From Blepharisma stoltei ATCC 30299 (lineage: Eukaryota > Protista > Ciliophora): DNA of 64,000 nt. This document shows positions 47,624 to 59,100 of the stretch, in pieces (position 1 is the first letter of the stretch; each line of letters opens with the position of its first letter). The position numbers were made by a program, and so were the translations under genes. The notes below the pieces were generated by a model. The model saw only the letters and a list, made by a program, of their open reading frames with translations. It was not told where the DNA came from and did not search any database. The stretch lies in NCBI GenBank assembly GCA_965603825.1, contig CBFDEM010000021.1:1-64000 (forward strand), written 5' to 3'.

Positions 47624-49105
47624 ATGTCAGAAGAAGTCTGCATAATAGGAGGAGGCGTCAGCGGGATTGTTAGCTCTAAGATTGCTAAAGATCACGGACT
47701 AATTCCTTATATCCTAGATAAATCTGAATCCTGGGGAGGAATATGAAAAGACTCTCCAAACAGCATAGGAGTCTGGCGAAATTTAATAACCAACACTTCT
47801 AAATACCTTTGCAGCTTTTCTGATTATCCCTGGCCTGAATCTACTCCTACATACCCATCTAATCAAGAAGTTCGGGATTATTTTGCATCCTATATAAATC
47901 TGCGTTCATTAGAAAGCTATTTTCACTTCAATTGTAAGGTCATTTATGTGGGAAAACAAGAATCAGGATACTTGGTAAGGTGGGAAAATTTATTGACTAG
48001 AGAAATTTCTGAGAGGCATTTCCCTTATGTTATTGTAGGGACTGGGCTATTTGCAAAAGAATATTTACCATTTCAGGTCCCTGAAAATTATCCTCAAGGA
48101 AAAATCGTCCATAGTGGACAATACAGAGATCCTAGTCTTTATTCTGGACAAAGAGTAATTGTGATAGGTGGGTCTATGAGTGCTTGTGATATAGCTGAAG
48201 ACCTTCTGCCACATGCAAGAGAAGTCATCCAAATAGTAAAAAACCCTTACATTCTTTTCAAAAGATACTATAATAACCTCCCAATTGATTTTTTCAGTAT
48301 GACAAAATCTGTATCAAGTTTGACTAAAAATTTATCTCATCAAGAAAAGCTACAATTAATGCTAGGTTTTTACGATAAAGTTACTGAAAACTCCAAAGCC
48401 TGCCCCAATCTTCATATAGATTTTTCGACTATAAAGTCCCCTTATGTCGGAATTACTAACAACTATAAAGATCTTGTAGAGCAAGACCGTATCCAAATAA
48501 TAAAAACAGGAGTTTCCAGCATCTCAAGCTCAGGATTAGCCTTAGATAATGGAGAAGTAATAGACGCAGACACCATTTTCTTATGCACAGGCTTTGAATC
48601 TGACTTAAGTTTCTTAGATGCAGAAATTCAGCAAAAAATCAGCTATTCTCCTCATGATAAACTTATCCCTGTCATTGGGTTTATGAATACAATACACCCA
48701 GAACTCCCTGGCCTTGCATTTTTAGGCATGCAAAGAGGAAGCTTAATAGTAAAATTTGAAATGCAAGCAGAATTCGCTATCAGATTTTTTAAAAATCTGG
48801 TAAACTTGACAGAGGAAACTATAAATTCAGGAATTCGTTATGAATTTGGGGTTAGAAATGCAAACCCAAGGCCTCAGTTTCCATACCCTCTTCTTGAATA
48901 TTTAGATAACATTGTAAATTTGATGGGCTTTAACAATGCAAACCAAGATGAAGATTTAATTAATTTCAGGGAAAATGTCATATATATACCTCAGTTATTC
49001 CGCCTTGATAGAGGTGAAGCCCAAGTTTCTCTTGCCAGACAAGTGATTGCAGAAATCAAAGAAAAATTCCATATAGAAAACAGCTTATATGAAAATTTAA
49101 AATAA
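47624..49105 (+). CDS. Flavin-containing monooxygenase (FMO family), 493 aa
   Basis: MSEEVCIIGGGVSG, WGGI(TGA), IVHSGQYR, VIGGSMSACD, LCTGF; paralog of 10631-12136. Confidence 0.93.
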
Positions 49106-49121
49106 ACTTTTATAATTAATT

Positions 49122-51197
49122 ATGAAATTACGAAAAGAAACCATCAAAGTCTGTGTCAGGATGAGGCCTCTTCTCCGTCCATATGAAGATGAAGACGTCT
49201 GGACAATAGACCAGTCAAGAAATTCAATCTGCTCCATATCGAATCCGCTATTATCACCGCCCCTTGACCTTTCTCAAATTTCTTTAAATTCCTTAAAAGA
49301 AAGAGATGTGAGGCGCCGCTACACAGATTTTTTAGGGACCCAGCAATTTAATTTTGATAAAATTTATTCACCCTCAGACACTTCTCAAGGAATTTATGAG
49401 CAAACTTGTAAACCCATTGTGCATTCAGTTCTAGGTGGCTATAACGGTGCAATCTTTATGTATGGACAGACTACATCAGGTAAAACATATACAATGCTAG
49501 GAACGCCTGAATTGCCAGGCGTTTTGCCTTGTGCAATTCGAGATATTTTCAAATTAATTTCTTCAGAATCTGACTATGAGTTCAATATATGGGTGAGTTA
49601 TTTAGAAATTTACAATGAGCAAATCAATGATTTATTGTCTCCTGGGTCCAGTAATTTAAAAATTAAAGAAGATAAGCGCTTTGGGGTGCAGATTGTAGGG
49701 CTCACTCAGCATCAGGTATGAAGTTTTGACCAGGTAATCATGATCATGAATTTTGGAGAAGAACATAGGATGTACCGAGAAACGAGCATTCATGAACATT
49801 CAAGCAGGTCACATACAATTTTTAGGGTGTATGTTGAAAGTGTAGATAAACAAGGGAAAAGAACTTTTGGATGCTTAAATTTGATAGATTTGGCTGGCAG
49901 CGAAAGACTGAATGAATTCGAAGTAAAGGAACAAGAACAGCTAGGAGAAACAGGACATATTAACAGGTCTTTATTTGTACTTGCACATGTGATTAATAAG
50001 CTGGCTGAAGGGAAGCAGCAACATATCCCATACAGAGATTCCAAACTGACCAGGATTCTGCAACAAGCCTTAGGCGGGAACTCTTTAGCCGTTATTATTT
50101 GTACCATTTCTCCAGCCGGCATGAATTTTCACCAAACTTTATCCACCCTAAGATTTGCAACTAGGGCCAAAACAGTTCAAAATGACCCTCAAATAAATGA
50201 AATTACAGACGATTCTTCATCAATCCAACAATATAAGCTTGAAATTGACAAACTTAAATCAGAACTAGACATAAATAACCAAACCTTAGTAAAAATTGAT
50301 AAGCAAAACAAAGAGCTGGTAAAGCAGCTGCAAATTTATATTGACGAAGCAAATACCTATAAAGAAGCCTTAAAAAATTCGCATATAGCTAGCGAAAATT
50401 CTGATAAATCAGGAGAAATAAAGCAGCTGCGTGAAAAATATAATGCTTTGGTCGGTATGTTTGAGGAAGAAAAAGTCAAGAAAAACCTGCTTGAAAGTGA
50501 GCTAAAATCCCAAAACAAAAAATTCGAAGAATTCATGCAAAATCATAAAGAGACACAAAAGCAGCTGGAAGACTACTTAAAAGGCCAAAGGCCAGTTGTC
50601 CAAGTTTCTGAAGGGAATTTTATAGAAAATATTGTGGCGACTATCAACACTGAGCTTACCAAAGAGCTTACAGGCAATAAAATATGAATTAATAAAAGCA
50701 AAGAGCTATGTGAAAGCTATTCATCTGAAATTGCTGCCTTGCAAGACAAATATTCAATTATTTTATCAAAAATCCTCAAAGAAGCTTTACCTCCGCAGTC
50801 ACAAAATTCAGAAAATGAGCTGCCGAATTCTTCAAATATTTTCCAGGACATCCATATAAATTTCACGACTGTTTTAGAAGAGTTTTTGAGGTCTGCCAAT
50901 TCCTCGTCTGATTTAACTGAAATTATGATAGAAAAATTAAAAAAACAGCATGAAAACCTGTCTTTACAAATAGAAAATAGGTATGAAAAAGCAAGAAGCT
51001 CATTGGAAAATTATTATCAAAAACAAGTGACCAGGCCTGAATTAGATGCAGCGACGATAACGGGACTGACAGCGCAACATAGTGAGCAGCTGCAGGACTT
51101 GAGGAATCAGTATGAGAATTCTATGCAGATTTTGGAGGAAACGTATCTGGATACATTAAAAGTGCTGGACGAGTTTTTGTCTGCTGAAGGTAGTTAG
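49122..51197 (+). CDS. Kinesin motor protein, probably kinesin-7/CENP-E-like, 691 aa
   Basis: YGQTTSGKTYTM, SYLEIYNEQINDLL, SSRSHTIF, LIDLAGSER, HIPYRDSKLTRILQ; three ORFs joined by two TGA; coiled-coil tail; TAG stop. Subfamily is an inference. Confidence 0.92.
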
Positions 51198-51300
51198 ATA
51201 TAATTAATAATCTATGAAGTAAGGTACATAATTTCTACCAAATCTGATTATGCTAATCTAATGTTTGTCATTTAAATATTATTTTAATTAAAAACCTAAA

Positions 51301-53013
51301 TTAAAAAATATACCATTTTGAGTAATTTTCATTTTCAATAAAACACTGGTGGGTTATATCAATTTTCTTGGTGTCCAGCTCTTTTTCTGACGCTGTAAAA
51401 GGTATAAACAAATTAAATAATCCAGTATTGTCGTCTTTACTAAAAGTAAAATTAGTATAACCCCTTAATAAACATATTAGCGGATCAAACATAAATAAGC
51501 AAGTTCCATTTTCCTTCATAATTCTCATCATATCCACCAAACTTTTCCTTTTTGCAGTTTCTTTTTTTATTTGAAAAATATCGTCTAATTCTTCTTGAGA
51601 TGTGGAATGAGAAGAAAATTCAATATAATGCTCAAGGAGATATTCATTTTTATTGACAAATTTAGGGACGATTGAAATTGTCAGTTCTGAAGCATTGTCG
51701 GATTTTTCGAGTAAGAAACGAAGTAATGCGTTTAAGAGAAAAGAATAGAGTGTATTGTCACCAAATAGACTTGTAGGGTATTCGCTTGAGCGGATGAGGG
51801 AAATTGAGATTTGCTTTTGGGAAGCTCTATGAAAAAGCATTTCTATTACATTGTGAATTTCGACAAAAAAGTCAAAAAAATCGCTTTTGAATTCTACTTT
51901 ACGCAAATAGTAACCCTGGAACAAAAGCAAGCCTTTCAGCTCAGTCTTCAATAAATTGATCCCTGCAAAAACTTTTGTATTATAAAGCTGTTCTTTCCTA
52001 AAAATTTTCAATAATTTTTTCAAAAGCTGATCTACCAGAATTTCAAGCGATTTGTAGCTTCTTATAAGCAGAAGTCTATTTAAAACCCCCAAAGAGACAT
52101 CAATAAAAGCAACCCTAATGCTTTCTTTATTATCCCATTTCACAGAATCAGTCCTAACATCAAATCCTATATTTTGTATCCCTTCAGGATTTATATCAGT
52201 TATATTTTTAAATACCATAAATTCCTCATTCCCAATGTCTTGTTTTAGGGATTTAGTAAATGTGCTTTTTGCCCACGAGGAAAAATCTTCATCAAAAATA
52301 TCCTGGAATTTGCAAAATTGAAGAAAATCTGAGGATTTTCCATTCATTTTGGCAATTGATAAAGCTTTAGCGTTATAGTAGTTGATATTTCCTTCTTTGT
52401 CGAGGACATAAATAGCTGAATGAGAGGTATCCAGCACTATTTTAAGCTCCTCAGCTTTATTTTTGGTAATTGCGTATAGAGTTCAAATATCTCTGAAATC
52501 CTTTTCAAAAATAGCACTAATTATGGTATAAAAAATAGTCGTGAATATCATTCCATAAATATTTTGTCCAGTATAGCAGAAAACAACAATGGCTTCAAAA
52601 ACACTATAAAATAAGGTATATTTTCATTGCTTGATACACAAAAAAGTCAAGCAAAAGCAGGGGAAAAACACTCCAATATTTTCACATAAATTGCTTGTCT
52701 CTATATTTCTTATATGAAATTGAATGCAAGCAAATTCTGCTATTAAACGTTTGAAATGGACATTGAGATTTTTATGCTCAAAAAAAGGAACCAGAGAAAT
52801 GACAGAGAGGGCAATTGTTTCATTTCAAAAGTGCCATAAGCTTGCTGAAAGCACTGAGAAAAAAATAAAGCTTATTCAGGTATTTCCATACAAATTTGTT
52901 AGCCAGCTTCTTGTCTCCTCTTGGAAATGATTTTCTATTGATGGCAGTAGGAATTCCAATAGCATGCTTTTGGTAAAGCAAGGTTGTTTAGATCCAGCAG
53001 ACTCCATTGACAT
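51301..53013 (-). CDS. Membrane PAS-domain protein with degenerate histidine-kinase-like domain, 570 aa
   Basis: Frame extends through four TGA to ATG 53013; TM region, PAS-like LDTSHSAIYVLDKEGNINYYN, HK-like VIEML...KQISI...PTSLFGD, but no H, N or G boxes and no receiver. Confidence 0.72.
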
Positions 53014-53351
53014 TATAAAGCTAAAAATTGTATTAAAATTTCTTTTATAGGATTAAATAATTAAAGTTTGGATTGAAAGCAAGCCATGTTTAAAATCCAA
53101 ATTATATTAGGGGCAAAGAGGATCTGCTTTGATTAACTTTTAAGCCAATATTATAATAAAATGGCATTTTAAGATATTTTGATAGTAAGTTCGGATAATT
53201 TTTAAGCTTTTTAAATAAATTTTTTAAAGCAAATGCAATCTCTGAAAAAATTTAAAGCTGAAATGCACATCTTTTTGATAAATAAACCGTTTTATTTTTT
53301 TTTAAAATTAGGCAAATTTAAATTTTATAATGAAATATAAAGAAAAAACTA

Positions 53352-55496
53352 TTAATTTAAATGCTTCTTGATAATCCTTATGATTTCTTCAGCTGGAGAA
53401 GGCTTTATCATATAATCAACCATCCCAGACCTTATGCATTCTTTTCTGTCTTCCTCAGAGCTATATGCAGAATATCCAATTATTTTGGGCAGTTTTTCGA
53501 TAATTCCTTCTTTATGGTATTTTATTATTTGTGATGCTGCCTCAATTCCGCTCATTTCTGGCATTTCGCAGTCCATGATAACAATTTTGCATAGGTTAGC
53601 TTTTGAATTATGGCTAAGAAATTTATTGACTGCATCTTTACCGTTGCAGGCTTCTTCATAAGTCCAGTGTTGTTGAGATATAATTGACCCTAAGACCATT
53701 CTATTTAATTCATTGTCATCTACTATTAAAATATCATAATTTCTATAAGAACTTTGAAAGGAGTACCTTTGTATGTCTATGTGAGCGCTGTTTTCATTTT
53801 CACTATTAATCTTTGAGCTTGTACCTACTTCTGGAAAAGTATTTAATGGACTTATATCGATAGAAAACATGAAAAATGACCCTTTTCTTAATTTTGATTT
53901 TACCTTTATAGCTTTTTTACCTAATTTTATGGCTAAAAAATTCGAAATGCAAAGCCCGAGCCCACAGCCTTGTGGATTAATTGAGGAAATAAATGGTGAA
54001 TTAAATTCAGAAAATAGTTTTCTTTTGATTTCTTTTGAGATTCCAATTCCTGTGTCTTTTATAGAAATTTTAAGCTTGTTTTTTAAGCTTAGTCAGCAGC
54101 AAATCTCAATCCAACCTTCTTTAGTGAATTTCAAAGCGTTGCTGAGCAGATTTAGTATGATTTGGCTTAATCTCAGCTGGTCAGTGTAAATAAGCTCCGG
54201 CAAAAAGGGGTCAATTCTTGTTAATAATGAAATTTTCTTCTTTGAAGCTTGGATCTTAATTAAGCTACATGTATTTTCAATAATATTTCGTATATTACAA
54301 TAACATTTGTGGACAGAAAAAACTCCAGCAATTATTTTTGAATAATCAAGTAAATCATTGATTAATGATAGCATCAATTTCGAAGAAACTGAAATAATTT
54401 TTAGCTTCTCAACTTCACTTTCATAGTCACTTTTAGGCCTTTTTTCTAGTATATCATTTACAAAAAAATCAATAGAGTTTAAAGGTGTGCGAAGTTCATG
54501 AGAAACTGATCTTAATAAGACCGTTTTCATCCTATCATTCGCAGCGCTTTTTTCTAGTTCTAAGATTAAATTAATATCTCTTGCAACCAAAAAAAGTGCT
54601 CGTTTAGTTTCCCAAGCCACAATTTTGCCTTTTCACTCAATATAAATATCCCCAATTAGAGTTACTCCTAAGCTGATTTCTTCATCATCTAGAACTTCAA
54701 AAGCATAATCTATATCATCAATGAGTATATTTGAAGTAGGAAATCCCGAAAATTTTTTCCCTTCACAATACTCATATTTGGAAATTTCCCAAAATAGGGA
54801 TCCATTGTTACTTTCCAAAAATCTATGCATGCTTGAGCTACAAAACTCAACCTTATGATTTTCTGATAAAATTAAAATTCCGTCTGAAAACGCTTGTGTT
54901 ATCAGCTTAAATTGGTCTTTTGAGCATTCCAGCTCTTTTTTCAGCATAAAATACTCATTTATAAATTTAGATCTATATGAGTTTCATATATTGAACACGA
55001 TAATTATTGCGAAAATTGCAGCAAAAAGCTCAATATTGATAGGAAATTTCAATGATCCAAAAATGGTGTCAAAAAAGTACCAAAGCAATACGTGCTTTAG
55101 GAAAAGAATATTCGCGAAAATTTTGCTGCGAATAAGCGGCAGCTGGAGTTGGATTGTAAGTATATAAGAAAGCAAGTGAAAAACCCCGGACTCGTCTTTT
55201 ATGATGTTTCGTGATATTATAAATGCGGCTGTGCTATATATTTCTATGCAGAGCACAGCGATTGTAGACTTGGCGATTGTTGATTTTCTGCTGAAATGCT
55301 TTATAATCCAAAAGGATGGAGAGCAAGCTGTGAGGACCGAGATGATGCATCCTAATATGTTTAAATAAGAGCTGAAGATGCGATATAGACTTACAGCAAC
55401 TCCTAAGAATAGAGGCACAGCTAGAGTAAAGCAAACCAATAATTTATGCATATAGCTAAATTGTTCTTCCCACCAATTTCTTTGTATTTCATGCAT
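53352..55496 (-). CDS. Hybrid sensor histidine kinase (TM - PAS-like - HisKA - HATPase_c - receiver), 714 aa
   Basis: SHELRTPLN, NLLSNALKFT, DTGIGI, GCGLGL, receiver VDD...MDCEMP...KP; four ORFs in one frame, joined by TGA. Confidence 0.93.
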
Positions 55497-56093
55497 TGAA
55501 ACCGTATTATTAATTACAAATTCTGCCTTAAAACATTGAGTTTATTTAAAATAAATTTCAAAAATTTATATCAGAACTATCATATATTGATTGCTATGGA
55601 TTGATGATAAAAATATAAATATTTAATTTATATGCCAATGATAAATATGTTTATAAGAATTAAAAATAAGGCGAAACTATAAATCGAATGGCAAGCGGAC
55701 TGACTTGAATTGCTTTATATTGAACTGGGCTGATAAAAAGTGCATTAGTATAGTTAAATGATGATAACTCAATAATAATTAAATTGAATTATAGATTGAC
55801 CATTGGCTTAAGAATGCCGCTGCCTCTACCTGTTAGGCTATTCTAAATTAAAAGCCAAGAGAAATAAAGGATGAGTGATTAATGAATTAGAACTATGAAA
55901 GGAACCGAAAATAAAACTGAAATTTTCAGATCGTGATTTTAGACTTTTCTAGATATTATGAAAGCTCATTTTTACTTAAGAGTTTTTGATAAGCATTTTT
56001 ATTAATAAATTTCTTAATCTCTTCGTAATTTTATCTCAATACAGCTTAATACAATTTATATAGGCAATTTTCAACATAGGTATAAAATAAAAT

Positions 56094-58751
56094 TTATTTA
56101 TTATAATGATGAATTTTTTCAGTAACTCTCATAAAAACCTCTTCAAGGCTTGCATTGCTTAACCCCCAATTTTCAATTAATTCAGAAATTTCATGATCTT
56201 CTTCAATCATTTTATAGAGTTTTAAAGCTTCTTCTGGCAAGTTTCTTGAAATGGAAATCACCAAGCTTCCTCCACTATTATCTACTAAATGGGCATTCGG
56301 AATTGAGGAACTGATATAGCTTCATAGCTTATGAGTATCTTTAGAAAAAAGCTCAACTTTATATCCTTCTCCAAAGGTATTTTTTAAATATAAAGGAGTC
56401 CCTATACATTTTATTTTTCCATCGACCATAACTGCGATTTTGTCAGATAAAACTTCAGCTTCTTCCATTGAGTGTGTGGTCAATACCACGACTTTATTTT
56501 TTTTCATATTTTTAATCAATTTCCACACAAATCGCTTTGAAATGGGATCCATCCCTGTAGTGGGCTCGTCCATAAAAATAATCAAAGGGTTCCCTACATT
56601 AGAAATGGCGACAGACAGCCTCCTTCTCATCCCTCCACTATATTTCCCGACTGGGAGATTTGCAGCATCTTCTAGGCTAACATTTTTTAAAGTGTCTGAT
56701 ATTGATTTTTCTCTGATATTTTCTGGGATATTTTTTATGATAGAAAATAATTTTAAATGCTCATAGCCTGTTAACTCGTTCCATAATATATCAAATTGAG
56801 GGCAATAACCCATAATCCTATATGTTTTATCCATATCGTGGCTTATATCATAATTTGAGATATAAGCGGTGCCACCAGTTGGAGATAGAAGTCCTGTGAG
56901 CATGCTTAAAAGAGTGGTTTTTCCAGCACCATTGTGACCGATAAGGACTAAAAGTTCATCTTTTTCTATAGACAAATTGATAGGTTTTACAGCTTCTATA
57001 TCATCACTAGAAGAAAATAAATGCTTTTTATAGGTTTTATATATCCCTTCAATGCGTAAACCCTCATTTTTTTCTTTAATTTCTTCTATTGAGTCCTCCA
57101 ATATTGATTCCTTTATACTGACCATTTCTATATGTTTATTTAACTGTTTTTTAAGCCTCCTTTTGCATCCCCAGTACTCTTTAGTAAACATAAATCACAG
57201 CTGGCTATATAAAAATTACTCAGATTTTCCTCTATTACTTGACAAAATATGGTCAAAATACCAAGCCAGCACAAGAAATAAAAAAAAATCAAAAATTTGG
57301 TCATACATAGAATCAATGCTAGGTTTAATATAATATTCATACCCATTTATATAGCCAACTCTCGGCTGCGAAAAATCCTTCATAGAGTATTCAGTCCCTT
57401 CTTCAAATCTGCGCTCGTCAAAATTTGGGTGTCCTCCAGCTTTTCCGCCAATATCAGAATAAATTTTTGAAAAATTATACCCTGGGTAATAAGAAAAAAT
57501 CCACCTTATTCAATAAGTCCAGCTTGGTAAATCTTTTACATGAATTAATTGCATAATTAGATGGCTTTCTAAAATAGATTGCATTACAATTCCAGTTAAT
57601 AGAAAAGTATAGGAAATTGTATAGGCGACTTTTACGGATTTTAAAATAGTGGAAAGACAAAACCCAAGCATAAGCATTGAAAGGGTAAATAGTTCGAAAT
57701 TCATCAATTGGATTCTAAATAAATTTTACAGATAAGGCGAATTCATAAAGACATCAAAATCAAATAAATAAGCTGAAAAAATTAAACAATTCGTAGATAA
57801 TAAAGAAATGATAAAAGCAGTGATAAACCAAGATATCCAAAAAGCAGAGCTGGAGACACCCATCACTGCAAGCCCATGCCTTAATTTTAATTCTTTTTCT
57901 TTTACAACTTCACTAACGATCATACCAAAAATCAAAAGTGGTGGGATAAAAAAAAGCATTGGCCCGACCATCGCGACACAGTCATAATTTTCAACAAACC
58001 TGTTTCCTGCTTTAGGAAAGGACTGGAATGAAGCTTCAATGTTAGGGATTTCTGCACCCTTAAGTTTTGCACTATATTTTAATATTGCACGATCAATCGC
58101 AATTTTAACTAAAAGTACAGACTGATCAAGAGGGTCTGGAGCATTTTTATCAAATAGGTTAATAGAAGTTTCTGTCAAGTTATATAGAATATTGTACAAA
58201 TAAACTGAAAATCCATTAGTGTTTTGGCATGGAATTTCTTTAATAAAATCATTTCTAGGCAAAATTAAAGATTCTGTGCATAAAACGACCCCAATTTTAG
58301 TTTTATTCATATTCTTTAAAAAATACTGGCCAAAATCATCAGGCTTCTTAGCAATTTTTACGTCTTTGCCGATTTTTAAATTAAAATCTTTTGAGACTGA
58401 GTCTATGACAAAATCAGCTCATTCTTTATTTTCCCCTGAAATTCAAAATCTTAAAGTTTCACAATCTTTTCCAACACATTTAGGGATTTTTGCAGTGCTT
58501 TTTATTGGTGGATTTATTTCATAATCTCTAGATAGTAAAGATTCAGACAAGTTTTGGAGTCCTACAAGATAAAGACACACTAAGAAAGGGGAGAATATAA
58601 GGATGAGAGTTGTGATATATTGTCGGCTAAATAACAAATAATTTTTTCAGCACAAAATTTTGGTTTGTAGGAGTAGTTGACGTGCTGAATCTGAAAAGTA
58701 TGAATTTCTGGTATCAGCTGAGAGGAGTTTCTGACTAGAAAATTCTTCCAT
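56094..58751 (-). CDS. ABC transporter subfamily A, half-size (one TMD and one NBD), 875 aa, 2 tiny introns
   Basis: QTKILC(TGA)KN...R ABCA N-terminal motif, VKEKELKLRHGLAVMG, GHNGAGKTT, GYCPQFDILW, YSGGMRRRLS, MDEPTTGMDP, LTTHSMEEAE; introns 57715-57729 and 57205-57219. Confidence 0.93.
57205..57219 (-). other. 15-nt spliceosomal intron GTAATTTTTATATAG
   Basis: In-frame TAA; same position as the paralog intron at 63736-63750. Confidence 0.92.
57715..57729 (-). other. 15-nt spliceosomal intron GTAAAATTTATTTAG
   Basis: In-frame TAA; the frame continues into the next TM helix. Confidence 0.88.
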
Positions 58752-59100
58752 TTATTATGAGAAGAATAAGTTATTTTGATTTCTCAGTTATAGAGTTGAT
58801 GTTGAAGCAAAAAATTCTTTGCAGTAATTTGTATGATTATTTTCATTTATCTTGTCTTTTTTCATAATTTTTTGAACAATTTTTGGCTTATTTTTTTGAG
58901 AATCAAAAGCCACCCTTTATATTTTACATAGACATTTATAACTTATGGAATTTTATTATGCAACTGTATTTGTATATTGCGAAAAAATTAATTATAAATT
59001 AAATCTGAATTAAATGTGTTTATAATTATATATTTAACGATTTTTCAGGAATTATTTTTTAATTTTTTGTTATAATTTTATGATATTAATTCAATTATTA

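Noticed and set aside
53352-55496. Bacterial contamination or recent horizontal transfer of the histidine kinase
   Set aside because: It uses TGA=Trp, matches host base composition and sits among intron-bearing genes; hybrid histidine kinases are common in ciliates.
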